Counted from the stretch's first letter, positions 40,357 through 50,739 are shown. The stretch is 64,000 bases of DNA from Candidatus Bathyarchaeia archaeon (GCA_049512075.1 JBEKXL010000003.1:128001-192000); one strand, 5' to 3'. The notes: generated by a model from the sequence alone, not told the origin. A program made the numbers and translations.

Positions 40357-40920
40357 TTAGCCCTTGGATTCGAAGACTTTTGGCTCAAGAGTCGAGTATT
40401 TGTCTCCTCCAAGATGAAAAATCATGTGTGTTTTTCCCAGGTCATACGAGTCTCTGAAGGCTCCTTTGTCAACGTGGGCGTCAACTATTTCGCCCAAGAA
40501 TATCGTGTGGTCTCCTGCCGTGAATTGACTGTGAAGTTTACATTCTAGATGACCCACGCATTCTTCTATGAGTGGCGCTTTGACTTTCTTTCCCGGAAGC
40601 GGTGTTAAGCCTGTTTCCTTGAATTTGTCATGGTTTCTGCCGCTGGTTGTTCCGCAGAGTACAGCCTTGTCCAGCATGTCCATCGTAGGTATGTTAACTA
40701 CAAACTCTTTCGTTTCTTCGATTAGCGTGTGTGAGTGTCTTCGTGGCGAGACGCTTATGGCCACGAGCGGCGGGCTTATCGAGGTAGGCATTGCCCACGC
40801 CAAGGTTATGATGTTGGGTTTTCCAGTTTTTCCCACGCTCGTGACGAGCACCGTGTGCATCGGATGAAGAAGCCTGTAGGCTGAACTAGCGTTGACTTCG
40901 ACTTTTTCTTTCTTGCTCAT
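40357..40920 (-). CDS. flavin reductase-like FMN-binding protein
   Basis: PNIITLAW, EFVVNIP, GDHTIFLGEI; start ATG 40920. Confidence 0.9.
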   Translation of the reverse strand: MSKKEKVEVNASSAYRLLHPMHTVLVTSVGKTGKPNIITLAWAMPTSISPPLVAISVSPRRHSHTLIEETKEFVVNIPTMDMLDKAVLCGTTSGRNHDKFKETGLTPLPGKKVKAPLIEECVGHLECKLHSQFTAGDHTIFLGEIVDAHVDKGAFRDSYDLGKTHMIFHLGGDKYSTLEPKVFESKG

Positions 40921-40934
40921 GTGCCACACGCACC

Positions 40935-42065
40935 TCAACGTTTGATATGATACTTCCCTATTTTGTCTTTGGCTTTTTCCCGTCTCTTCTGGTGCTCCGC
41001 AAGAAACCGGTTGATCCGTTCGGTCAGGTCCCTTTTGCATTCACCGCACAATATTCCGCCTGTCCTGCACTTTCTCTCTCTTTCCGCGAGCCTCTTGTCA
41101 TCTTCCTCGAAAAGGTAGAGAAAGTACTGGTAGACCGAGCAAACGTCCGGGTTCGCGCCTTCCTTCCTCTGCTCCGCCATCGTTCCCTTTCCACCTGTGA
41201 AAGCGTTCCAGACTTTTCTCTTCACGACATCAGGCGGGTCAACAGTGAATATCGCCGTGTCCGGTTCAGACGCGCTCATTTTTCCTCCTATTCCCAACCC
41301 CGGCAAGAAGCGATTGTGAATTTGCGCTGGTTTGTAGTAGCCTAGTTTTGGAGCGATATCGCGGGTGATTCGCCAGTAGGGGTCCTGATCGATGGCCGCA
41401 GGGATGAGGGCGGGAACGTTTTCGCCGGTCAGCTTCTTGTGTATGAAGCAGGGAACCGCTTGCACGGCCGGCCAGAACACCCAGCCGAGGTTCGTGCTCT
41501 CCTGGAATCCGAAGGTGGCTTTGGCCGTTGAGTAGGTTATACGCTTGGCAACTTCCAGTGCAATGTCGTAGAGCAGGTCAATGTCCTGAACGTCGTAGAT
41601 TATGAACGTCTTCTCCGGCTCAAAACCCAATGCAACTAAGTCAAGAGCGTTATCATAACCTGTTTCCGTGGTTTCCGCGAGTTTGCGTTCGTCGTCCACC
41701 ACAAATTTCTCGTCGTCAGTCATCTGGAAATAGAGCCTAGTGTCAAATGCATCCTGCAAGTGTTTCGTGAAAATCCACGGGACAAGATGCCCTATGTGTA
41801 CAGGACCAGAGGGACCTCGGCCAGTGTATAACACGAACTTTGTTCCCTTGTCGTACAAGTCCAAGACCGTGTCCAGGTCGCGGTGAGAGAAGAACAGTTT
41901 TCTGCGCAGTTGGAGATGAAGTTCGCCCGTGGATTTTGCCAGCCTCTGCAGCAACTCGTCGGTCAGGGGTTGGGTTCCAAACTCACGTATCAAACGGTCA
42001 TAGTCAACCTTGCCCCGAACTTCCCATGGGGTGACAACCATCTCATTTTTTTCCTCATCTGTCAA
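40935..42065 (-). CDS. trpS: tryptophanyl-tRNA synthetase
   Basis: VTPWEV, YTGRGPS..HIGH, AIDQDPY, KMSAS. Confidence 0.98.
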   Translation of the reverse strand: MTDEEKNEMVVTPWEVRGKVDYDRLIREFGTQPLTDELLQRLAKSTGELHLQLRRKLFFSHRDLDTVLDLYDKGTKFVLYTGRGPSGPVHIGHLVPWIFTKHLQDAFDTRLYFQMTDDEKFVVDDERKLAETTETGYDNALDLVALGFEPEKTFIIYDVQDIDLLYDIALEVAKRITYSTAKATFGFQESTNLGWVFWPAVQAVPCFIHKKLTGENVPALIPAAIDQDPYWRITRDIAPKLGYYKPAQIHNRFLPGLGIGGKMSASEPDTAIFTVDPPDVVKRKVWNAFTGGKGTMAEQRKEGANPDVCSVYQYFLYLFEEDDKRLAERERKCRTGGILCGECKRDLTERINRFLAEHQKRREKAKDKIGKYHIKR

Positions 42066-42146
42066 ATTTGACCGCCTACTACCACGGTTTCCTATACAAT
42101 TCAGAGAAAACGTATTAAGTTTTGTGCGAGCATGTGCTCTTGCCTT

Positions 42147-42577
42147 TCAAAGGGGGATATAGACCAAAAGAAAGGATGAGATGATTAAGAAGATTCCCGC
42201 TATGATCAAAGTCAACCCCAATCGGATGTGACCCTTTGGCTTCCACGCGTCTCTTCGCATCATCTCAGAAGGCCCTACAGTCTCTTTGCCCAATGCATTT
42301 GCTAATGAAGCCCGCAACGCGGCGCTTGAAGTATTGTGGCTTATTCCGCCCGAACCGAGAAGAAACCCCGCACCTGCAAGAATTAACAATATCCCATCCA
42401 AAGCTGAGATTTCTGGAGGCTGGTAAGCAAGTGAATAGAAAGGCGATGGGCCATACCAGGATGCGACCGCGTGCGCATATAACTGGAGAAGCTAAAAGCT
42501 AACGCCGTAAGTCGCAAGGGCAACTAGCACGGAAGCCCGCTTAACAGTGCAGCATTACGCAGACTGTATTTGTTCAC
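42147..42577 (-). pseudogene. degraded small membrane-protein gene
   Basis: Hydrophobic frame extends upstream of 42401 through an in-frame TAG (VLVALATYGVSF*LLQLY) and an apparent frameshift. Confidence 0.4.
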
Positions 42578-42884
42578 AGTTCTCAGACATAAAGATGCAG
42601 CATGAAGGATAAAAGGCCTCCCACGCGCATGATTAAGGCTGGACTACTACATTTGGAAGGCCTTACTTGGTTCCCACAGTCTCCCCCACTGCAGGAGTAG
42701 ATGAAGCCAACAAGACCTGGATTGTGCTATCTGAAAGCCCGCACCGCAGAAATTGCAGTTTGAACAACCTTGAACTTCTAGTTGTCGTAAATCTCTACGA
42801 TAATAAGGACGTTCTGGGAAAGGCCAATGCTTAAATAATGAAGTTGTCCTCTCAATAAATGCTCGAAGCAGGGAGTGAACAAAG

Positions 42885-43214
42885 TTGACAGATGACAAAA
42901 AATGGGCGAAAGATTTAAGTATCAAGTGCGGCGTTGAGCCCAGGTTTCTAGAACTCGCACTTGAAGAACTGAAAGAAAGTTGCGGCGCCGATTCTCCTAC
43001 TTCAAAAGAAATCGTCGAAGAACTCACAACAACCTGCCACTTTGATGAAAAGGAGCTCAGGGAATTCATAAAAGAAGTATCCAAGAATTGCCCCATGGAT
43101 ATAAAGAAATTGAAAAAAAGCGTCGAAGACGCACACGGCGATAGGGAAACAGTCTACAATGCAATTGAAAACATATCCGGAACAGACTTTCGCCGTCGCG
43201 AGGGCACCATTTAG
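42885..43214 (+). CDS. hypothetical helical protein with spaced Cys
   Basis: SD GGAGTGA, TTG start, protein-like composition. Confidence 0.7.
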   Translation: MTDDKKWAKDLSIKCGVEPRFLELALEELKESCGADSPTSKEIVEELTTTCHFDEKELREFIKEVSKNCPMDIKKLKKSVEDAHGDRETVYNAIENISGTDFRRREGTI

Positions 43215-43483
43215 CATTTAGCCGCTCAAGCACACGACAGCAATGGCTCAGGTTCAACAAAGGATGATGCCCTGAATCTTCCAGTTTTGCCGAGTAGATT
43301 CATCCAGACAGACGTCAGGCCATGGACCTGTTCCGTTAAGGCTACCTTCAGCAGACCTCTTCGGATTTTACGACGTCATCATAACACGTATGAACCGCAC
43401 GCGTTCTGGAGTCAGGCTTTTATTAAAATGTGAACAACTACATTACGAAATCCAGTGCATCCTGCTTACGGGTGTGGAACGGC

Positions 43484-44995
43484 ATGGTTGAGTTAAGAGA
43501 ACACGAACATCGGACGCTTTCGGCAATGGGCAGACTCATCGGGGAAGCGAATGTGGAGCGACTCATGAAAGAGAGCGGATTGTCAGATGCGGCTGTAATG
43601 CGTGCCGCCATCACGCTGCAGGAAAAAGGGCTTGTGAGAATCCATGAACGCAAGGAGACTGTGTTGAAGCTTAACGCAGAAGGAAAGCTTCACGCGAGAA
43701 AAGGCCTGCCAGAACGGCGCCTCATAAACGCTTTGGAAAACCTCGGCGAAGAAGCTTCGCGCAAAAGTGCCTTTGAAAAAGCAGGCTTGGAAAAGCAATT
43801 CATACCAATCGCGCTGGGGTGGGCTCAGAAGAAGAAATGGACGACGCTGGACTCGAAAGCAGACGTGTTGCAGGCGGTCATGAAACCGGAAGTGGGTATT
43901 GATGAGAGATTGCTGCAGGTTCTGAATGAGAAGGAAAAGGTGATGGCTGAAGAGCTGGATCCTGAGCTTCAAGGGGCCGTGCAGGTTCTCAAAGGCAGGA
44001 AGCTTCTTGACGTTGAAGGAAAGACAAGACGCGTTATCGAGTTGACACCAGCCGGCAGGGAAACACTGGAGGAAGGAGCAAGTGAAGCCCCTGAAGTGAC
44101 TCAGTTAACGCAGGAGCTTATTGTCGGCGGGAAATGGAAGAAGGTGAAGCTTCAAAGATACAATGTAGAGGCGCCGGTGGCTGAGACGTGGCCCGGCAAG
44201 AAGCATCCCTACATGCAATTCCTCGAAGAAGTGAGAGACAAGCTTGTCACTTTAGGATTCAAGGAAATGGTCGGCACCGCTGTTGAAACGTCCTTCTTCA
44301 ACTTCGACGCCCTCTACACGCCTCAGGACCATCCAGCTCGCGAAGCATCAGGCATATACTTCGTCAAATCGCCAAAAGAAGGAAGCATAGACGTTCCCAA
44401 GAAAATCCTTGACAACGTGAGACAGACTCATGAAAACGGTTGGAAAACAGGCTCCACCGGCTGGAAATACAAATATTCCACGAAAGAGGCCAAGCGCCTT
44501 ATTCTGCGAGGACACGGAACATGCCTCAGTGCGAGAACGCTACTGAGCAAAGACCTGCAAGTTCCAGGCAGATACTTCTCGATTGTCCGATGCTACAGAC
44601 CTGAGATAGTGGACAAGACACATCTGACAGAGTTCAATCAGGTTGAAGGCATAATCATTGACAAGGATTTGACACTGCGAGATCTGCTGGGTGTGCTAGG
44701 AAAATTTGCCACCGAAATCGCGGGGGCGGACAAGGTCAAGTTCAGGCCGGACTACTTCCCCTTCACAGAGCCGAGCGTTGAACTTGCTGCGTACAGGAAG
44801 GGTTATGGATGGATAGAGTTCGGCGGCTCAGGAATCTTCAGACCTGAAGTTACAATGCCCTTGGGCATTAAGGAGCCAGTTATTGCGTGGGGTTTAGGCA
44901 TAGACCGTCTGTTCATGATGAGGGCTAGGATCGAGGAGATACGATGCATTTTCACTCAAGACTTGGACTGGGTGAGGAGGAAAGCGGTGGTCTAG
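43484..44995 (+). CDS. pheS: phenylalanyl-tRNA synthetase alpha subunit (archaeal long form)
   Basis: NFDALYTPQDHPAR, HLTEFNQVEG, YFPFTEPS, AWGLGIDR. Confidence 0.98.
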   Translation: MVELREHEHRTLSAMGRLIGEANVERLMKESGLSDAAVMRAAITLQEKGLVRIHERKETVLKLNAEGKLHARKGLPERRLINALENLGEEASRKSAFEKAGLEKQFIPIALGWAQKKKWTTLDSKADVLQAVMKPEVGIDERLLQVLNEKEKVMAEELDPELQGAVQVLKGRKLLDVEGKTRRVIELTPAGRETLEEGASEAPEVTQLTQELIVGGKWKKVKLQRYNVEAPVAETWPGKKHPYMQFLEEVRDKLVTLGFKEMVGTAVETSFFNFDALYTPQDHPAREASGIYFVKSPKEGSIDVPKKILDNVRQTHENGWKTGSTGWKYKYSTKEAKRLILRGHGTCLSARTLLSKDLQVPGRYFSIVRCYRPEIVDKTHLTEFNQVEGIIIDKDLTLRDLLGVLGKFATEIAGADKVKFRPDYFPFTEPSVELAAYRKGYGWIEFGGSGIFRPEVTMPLGIKEPVIAWGLGIDRLFMMRARIEEIRCIFTQDLDWVRRKAVV

Positions 44996-46693
44996 ATGCC
45001 GACAATAGACATAGACTATGCCGAGTTCGAAAGACTGCTTGGAATGGAACTGCACAAAGACTTGGACAAGATCAACGATATACTGGCTTTTGTGAAGGGA
45101 GAAGCGAAGCTGTTCGACGAGAAAGAAGGCACTATGAGCGTTGAAATAAAGGATACAAATCGGCCGGACATCTGGAACATTGAGGGCTTGGTCAGAGCTT
45201 TACGAGGGTTTCTGGGAATTGAAGAAGGCTTGAAGGGGTATGCGGTTGGCAAACAGTCAGCCGAGGTTCACGTTGATCAAAGACTAGAAAACATACGTCC
45301 TTACATCGGCTGCTCCATAGTCAAGAATCTAAGGCTGACGGACAGCGTAATTCGCGGCTTCATGCACATGCAGGACAAGCTCGATCAGACATACGGAAGA
45401 AATAGACGGCGAGCATCAATTGGGCTTTACAACCTAGACTTGATTAAACTACCATTGCAGTACACGGTCGCAAAGCCAAATGAAGTCAGCTTCGTGCCAC
45501 TGGGCTTCACGGAAAAGATGAGCCTAAAAGAGATACTGGCATATCATCCAAAAGGTCTCGAGTACGGCCACATCGTACGCAAACACGAGGTCTACCCCAT
45601 CCTTCTAGATGCAGAGAATAAGCCGCTCTCTTTTCCGCCCGTAATCAACTCGAACGATCTTGGAAGAGTCACAGAAGACACGAGGAACATTCTTGTCGAG
45701 GTTACTGGAACAATGGACGAAGCCGTACTCAACACTCTAAAAATCGTCACTCTGTCCTTAATCGACCGTGGGGGTGAAGCCTACGCGGCCAAAATCCACT
45801 ATCCACACAGGCGCTTGGATATCATGACACCTAGTTTCGACATTGGCCAAATGGACTTGAACGTTGAGTATACTAACAGGGTCTTGGGTTTGCAGCTGAA
45901 GGCCAAGCAGATTGCGCAAATGCTTCGCAAGGCAGGTCATGGCACTGAAGAAATTGAGAGGAATCGAGTGCATGTGCAGATTCCATGCTACAGAATCGAC
46001 GTGATGCACTCCATAGACCTCGTCGAAGACGTTGCAATAGCCTACGATTACAACAACATCAAGCCGTTATGGCGCGAAATGCCCACAACCGGCAGGGTGA
46101 GACCTGAACAGGGCATGATTGATGTTGCGAGAGAGCTGATGATTGGACTGGGATTTCAAGAAGTCCTCACATACACGCTCACAAACCCTGAGAACCTGTT
46201 CAAAAAAATGAACCGCAAGAAAGAGAGAATAGTTGAAATCTCCAACCCTAAAGTCATAACATTAACATGCCTGAGAAACTGGTTGTTACCGAGCCTCATC
46301 GAATTTGTGAGCAACAACCTGCACGTTGAATGCCCGCAAAAACTCTTCGAGCTCGGCAAAGTCACCCTCCTGGATGAGAAGAAAGAAACGAGAACGAGGG
46401 ACGAAGACAGACTTGCCGCAATCATTTACGACGCAAACGCCAGCTTCACGGAAGCCAAGTCAACCCTGGAAGCTTTCATGGCGAACTTGGGGCTGGAATG
46501 GCAAATAAGAGAAACGGAACATCCAAGCTTCATAAACGGCAGAGCATGCAAGACAATCGTCAAAGGAGCAGAAGTTGGAATCCTGGGCGAAATTAACCCG
46601 AAAGTCCTAGAAACATGGAAACTGGAAAACCCCACGGCAGCTTTCGAGCTAGACATTGAGAAGATAATCAAGATCAAACAAAAAGAACAGTAA
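44996..46693 (+). CDS. pheT: phenylalanyl-tRNA synthetase beta subunit
   Basis: MPTI, NRPD, SFPPVINS, YRIDVMHSIDLVEDVAIAY. Confidence 0.98.
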   Translation: MPTIDIDYAEFERLLGMELHKDLDKINDILAFVKGEAKLFDEKEGTMSVEIKDTNRPDIWNIEGLVRALRGFLGIEEGLKGYAVGKQSAEVHVDQRLENIRPYIGCSIVKNLRLTDSVIRGFMHMQDKLDQTYGRNRRRASIGLYNLDLIKLPLQYTVAKPNEVSFVPLGFTEKMSLKEILAYHPKGLEYGHIVRKHEVYPILLDAENKPLSFPPVINSNDLGRVTEDTRNILVEVTGTMDEAVLNTLKIVTLSLIDRGGEAYAAKIHYPHRRLDIMTPSFDIGQMDLNVEYTNRVLGLQLKAKQIAQMLRKAGHGTEEIERNRVHVQIPCYRIDVMHSIDLVEDVAIAYDYNNIKPLWREMPTTGRVRPEQGMIDVARELMIGLGFQEVLTYTLTNPENLFKKMNRKKERIVEISNPKVITLTCLRNWLLPSLIEFVSNNLHVECPQKLFELGKVTLLDEKKETRTRDEDRLAAIIYDANASFTEAKSTLEAFMANLGLEWQIRETEHPSFINGRACKTIVKGAEVGILGEINPKVLETWKLENPTAAFELDIEKIIKIKQKEQ

Positions 46694-46750
46694 GGTTGCC
46701 CTAGCCAAGCTCATTTCTTCCCAATTTATAATAATACGGTTTTAACATGT

Positions 46751-47338
46751 TCAGAGTTCGTGCCTCATGACAGGTCGAGTCTCTGAGCGGCGAATGACCT
46801 CCAAGAACCCAGCCTTACGAAATGCCGAAGCGAGACCAGTATAGACGAATGGATCAGGAGGTCTCCAATCTTTCTTAGGTTCAACCGGGTATCCTTCAAC
46901 AATCTTGCCCTCTTGCCCTCTCACGTAGTCCACAGCCGCACCCAAGAGTCTCACACTCACTCCCTTGCCTCTGAATGCCTTGGCAACAAAGAAGCACACA
47001 ACTGACCACACAGGCTTATCATCAACCCGACTCAATATTCTCGATCGCTCCAGCCTTGGAAAAGCCTCTCGCGGTGCAACTGAACACCACCCAATCGGCC
47101 GGCCTTCTGAGTACGCGAGAATCCCAGGAACCTTGCCGGAATCCACTAGGCCTTTCAAAGCCTTCCTGTTCATTTCACCTCGCTGCCGCACAAAATCTGA
47201 GCGGGCTAACCTCCAGGACATGCACCAACAACCTCCGCATGCGCCACGCTGACCGAACAACTTCTCAACATCAGCCCACTTCTCACGCGTCAACGGATGA
47301 AACTCTAGAACCGAAACATCCCTTTCCTTATTGGGCAC
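46751..47338 (-). CDS. GNAT family acetyltransferase
   Basis: CGGCWC, GWCSVAPRE, CFFV...RGKG, EGYP. Confidence 0.88.
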   Translation of the reverse strand: MPNKERDVSVLEFHPLTREKWADVEKLFGQRGACGGCWCMSWRLARSDFVRQRGEMNRKALKGLVDSGKVPGILAYSEGRPIGWCSVAPREAFPRLERSRILSRVDDKPVWSVVCFFVAKAFRGKGVSVRLLGAAVDYVRGQEGKIVEGYPVEPKKDWRPPDPFVYTGLASAFRKAGFLEVIRRSETRPVMRHEL

Positions 47339-47409
47339 TCAGATCCCCAATTGTCTCGTTAGATGCGTAGGCATATGAGATCATTGAAACGCACGTTCAT
47401 TTATGATTT

Positions 47410-47731
47410 TTGCAAGGACCCTTGACTTAACCTGCTTGGACAAGTGGAGTGGGAGACAGTAACCCTTAACTTTTCAGCCGCTCCTTTCTTTTCTGGCGAT
47501 GACAGGAAATTGAGCCCTTCATAATCCCGCCGGCAAATCCACGCAGACGGACTCAACGGAAGAGGGCAAGCTTCACGCTTGCCGGTTCTTGTGATGGCGA
47601 GTTTACCCAAGCATGGGACACGGCGGGCGCGGGCCTAAAACCCTACGACGGAGAGAGCTTAACCTAGAGGGGCGCACCGCCCTACAGTGAAGTTAAGTGT
47701 TAGGTTACGTAGGAAACAAGAGGGCCCGCGA
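47410..47731. ncRNA. unassigned ~320-nt structured RNA-like element
   Basis: Nested helices GTAACC+CTTAACTT / AAGTTAAG+GGTTAC, CCCGCCG/CGGCGGG, GGCAAGC/GCTTGCC, GGGCG/CGCCC; no credible ORF. Confidence 0.6.
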
Positions 47732-47795
47732 AAACAACTCTTAAGTTCGTCATGTGCATACAGATAGGTAAAACCTGAAGCAGGCAGAGCAGAAT

Positions 47796-48884
47796 TTGGA
47801 CTTAGAAACAAAAATCGAGCTTGTGTGCAGACCGCCGACGGAAGAAGTCATAACCCCGGAAGACTTGCGGAAGCTTCTGGAGACTGAGCAGCATCCCATA
47901 GCCTACAACGGCTGGGAACCATCCGGTCTAGTTCACCTTGGAACCGGGCTGGTTTGCGCGTACAAGATGAAGGACTTCATAGAAGCTGGAATACACTACA
48001 AGGCTTATCTTTCCACGTGGCACGCTTGGCTAAACAACAAGATGGGCGGCGACATGAAACTCATAAGAAAAGCCGCAGACCTCTTCAAACACTCATGGAT
48101 AGCCCTGGGCGTTCCAGAAGACAAGATCGAATTCATCTACTCAGACGAACTCTACGACGACCTGAAATACTGGGAAAAAACGGTCATGGTGGCAAAAAAC
48201 CTCTCAATAGCCAGAGTAACCCGCACACTTGAGGTCGCGGGAAGACAAGAATCTGAAGCCAAGCACGTTTCAGACTACCTGTACACGCCCATGCAGGTAG
48301 CCGACATATTCCACATGGAAGTAAAAATCTGCCAACTCGGCATAGACCAACGCAAAGCCAACGTCGTAGCCCGAGAACTGGGCGAAAAGCTCGGATGCTG
48401 GAAACCCGTGTGCGTCCACCACAGCTACCTACAAGGCCTCGCGAAACCGCCCATCTGGCCTATTCCAAAAGAGAAAGAAAGAGAAATACTCTCATCAATA
48501 AAAATGTCAAAAAGCAAGCCCGAAACCTGCATATTCATCTACGACCCGCCTGAAGAAATCAAACAGAAAATCTCACAAGCCTTCTGCCCCGAAAAAACCG
48601 TGGAGTACAACCCAATCCTGGAAATATGCAAATTCATAATCTTCAGAGAAAACAAAACCTTCACCATACAGAGACCGCCCAAATTCGGCGGGTCAATCAC
48701 CTTCAACAACCTCAAAGGACTCCAGAAAACCTACGCAGACGGAAAACTGCACCCGCAGGATCTTAAGAACGCTGTGGCAGAAGAACTCGCAAGAATCCTT
48801 GAACCCGTCAGAAGATACTTCGAAGACAACAAAGAAGCAAGAGAATGCCTCAACGCGGTAAAAAACGCCAAAGTAACAAGGTAA
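47796..48884 (+). CDS. tyrS: tyrosyl-tRNA synthetase
   Basis: YNGWEPSGLVHLG, YTPMQVADI, GIDQRK, KMSKS, LHPQDLK. Confidence 0.97.
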   Translation: MDLETKIELVCRPPTEEVITPEDLRKLLETEQHPIAYNGWEPSGLVHLGTGLVCAYKMKDFIEAGIHYKAYLSTWHAWLNNKMGGDMKLIRKAADLFKHSWIALGVPEDKIEFIYSDELYDDLKYWEKTVMVAKNLSIARVTRTLEVAGRQESEAKHVSDYLYTPMQVADIFHMEVKICQLGIDQRKANVVARELGEKLGCWKPVCVHHSYLQGLAKPPIWPIPKEKEREILSSIKMSKSKPETCIFIYDPPEEIKQKISQAFCPEKTVEYNPILEICKFIIFRENKTFTIQRPPKFGGSITFNNLKGLQKTYADGKLHPQDLKNAVAEELARILEPVRRYFEDNKEARECLNAVKNAKVTR

Positions 48885-48889
48885 AAACC

Positions 48890-49303
48890 TTGTCAGCACA
48901 TCTCAGGGAAAGACAAGAAAAAATCCAGCAAACACTAGAATGCCTAGCAGAAGAATCAGCCAGAGGAACACCGATAATCGTTGAAGGCAAAAAAGACTTG
49001 GAAACCCTGAGAACTCTGGGCGTGCAGGGGCAGATAGTGACCGCAAAAACCGGCGGAAAATCCCGTTTAGACCTCATCTCAGAAATAGAGAAAATCGGCA
49101 ACCGAGAAGTCATTCTGCTCTTGGATTTTGACAGACGAGGAAAAGAATGGACAGCAATCTTGAGACAGAACCTGGAAAAAGCAAGGATAAAAGCCAACGT
49201 TACATTCCGGAAAGAACTCCTGAGGTTCGCGGGCAAGGAACTCAAGGACATCGAAGGCTTGGCAGCCTACTTGCAAACGTTGAGCAAAAAACTCGGCGCA
49301 TGA
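48890..49303 (+). CDS. small TOPRIM-domain protein (RNase M5-like)
   Basis: IIVEGKKD, LLDFDRRG, KDIEGL. Confidence 0.88.
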   Translation: MSAHLRERQEKIQQTLECLAEESARGTPIIVEGKKDLETLRTLGVQGQIVTAKTGGKSRLDLISEIEKIGNREVILLLDFDRRGKEWTAILRQNLEKARIKANVTFRKELLRFAGKELKDIEGLAAYLQTLSKKLGA

Positions 49304-49502
49304 ACCCGGACTTGTTTCCAGCCCGTCCACAACGCATCCATCACCCTTACTTCTGAGCACGGTACGCACTCAAGGCTTCGCCGCAGAAACACTCAGTCGT
49401 CAAATGAAGCTTTGACAAAACCTAGAGAAAAATAAGAAAACCTTAAAGAGGATGATCAATAATTCATAAATGTAATATATAGTAGATATTAAGATACAAT
49501 CT

Positions 49503-49534
49503 CGTGACTCGAGAACGACAATCCCCGAGTCACG
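49503..49534 (+). promoter_or_regulatory. hairpin in dnaG leader
   Basis: CGTGACTCG / CGAGTCACG perfect 9-bp inverted repeat downstream of an AT-rich promoter region. Confidence 0.45.
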
Positions 49535-49578
49535 CGATTAACGCTAACCCTTAACCCATCACTCGGAGGTGCACTAAC

Positions 49579-50739
49579 ACGGGTTCATCCCAAACATTTA
49601 CCATAAAGTATGTCATACACGCGAAATTCGAAATAGAAGGAGTAGTTGAAAAACCGGACGTGATAGGAGCAGTTTTCGGGCAGACAGAAGGCCTTTTCGG
49701 ACCCGAGCTTGACCTGCGGGAACTGCAAAAATCCGGCAGAATTGGAAGAATAGAAATCGAGTTACACTCAAAAAACGACAAGACCACAGGCACGATAACG
49801 ATTCCAACAAGCTTGGATCGGGTTTCCACAGCATTGATTGCTGCGAGCATAGAAAGCATAAACAGGGTAGGCCCATGCGCTTCAAAGGTGACTCTTGAAA
49901 AGGTCGAAGACGTCAGAGAAGCCCGAAGAAAGATAATCATTGACAGAGCCAAAGACATCCTTCACAAATGGACAATCGAATTAATGCCTTCAGTGGACGA
50001 AGTGTTCAAAGAAGTTTCCGAAACACTCAAAATAGGAAAAGTTGGAAAATACGGCTCAGAAGAACTACCCGCGGGACCTGAACTTGAAACCGCAAAAGAA
50101 ATAATCCTCGTTGAAGGAAGAGCAGACATCATAAACCTCATGCGTTGCGGCCTGATGAACACCGTGGCTCTGGAAGGCGCAAAGGTTCCAGAAGCGATAA
50201 AAACGCTCTGCAAGGAAAAGGAAGCAACGGCCCTCCTTGACGGAGACAGAGGCGGAGACCTAATCTTCAAAGAACTCTTACAGGTGACCGACGTAAAGTA
50301 CATCGCCAGAGCACCGAGAGGAAAAGAAGTCGAGGAACTGAACTGCAAGGAAATATTCGAAGCTCTCGACGCCAAAATTGCTATTCAAGATGCAACGAAG
50401 CCGGAAGCGCCCAAGCCGGTGAAACGGGAAAAGCTGAAAGTAGAAGTTCCAAAGGAAATCGTTGAAACAATAAAATTATTGGAAGGAACTTTGGAAGCCG
50501 TGCTATTGAACGAAAAATCAGAACAGATGGAACGGCTGCCGGTCAGCCAGCTTGCCGAAAAGCTCCAACATGCCGAAGGCGTGGACACAATAGTCTTCGA
50601 CGGCATAATAACACAGCGAATCGTCGATGTGGCAAGCGAGAAAAACATAAAAAGAATCATAGCTTCACGAGTGTCAGACGCCGTTAAACCTTCATTAACC
50701 GTGCAGCTCATAACTTTTGGAGAGGTCGCCGAGGGCTAA
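49579..50739 (+). CDS. dnaG: archaeal DnaG (exosome-associated primase-like protein)
   Basis: KYVIHAKFEIEGVVEKPDVIGAVFGQTEGL, VEGRAD, DGDRGG, FDGIITQR; conserved frame starts at ACG 49579 after SD GGAGGTG. Confidence 0.95.
   Translation, partial: TGSSQTFTIKYVIHAKFEIEGVVEKPDVIGAVFGQTEGLFGPELDLRELQKSGRIGRIEIELHSKNDKTTGTITIPTSLDRVSTALIAASIESINRVGPCASKVTLEKVEDVREARRKIIIDRAKDILHKWTIELMPSVDEVFKEVSETLKIGKVGKYGSEELPAGPELETAKEIILVEGRADIINLMRCGLMNTVALEGAKVPEAIKTLCKEKEATALLDGDRGGDLIFKELLQVTDVKYIARAPRGKEVEELNCKEIFEALDAKIAIQDATKPEAPKPVKREKLKVEVPKEIVETIKLLEGTLEAVLLNEKSEQMERLPVSQLAEKLQHAEGVDTIVFDGIITQRIVDVASEKNIKRIIASRVSDAVKPSLTVQLITFGEVAEG

Noticed and set aside
42485-42500. In-frame TAG as possible pyrrolysine readthrough
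   Set aside because: The same frame also needs a frameshift, and no pyl genes are in view; pseudogene decay is more likely.
47410-47731. RNase P RNA, SRP RNA or T-box assignment
   Set aside because: Could not find GAGGAAAGUCC/ACAGAA..GGCUUA, the SRP helix-8 motif or UGGNACC on either strand.
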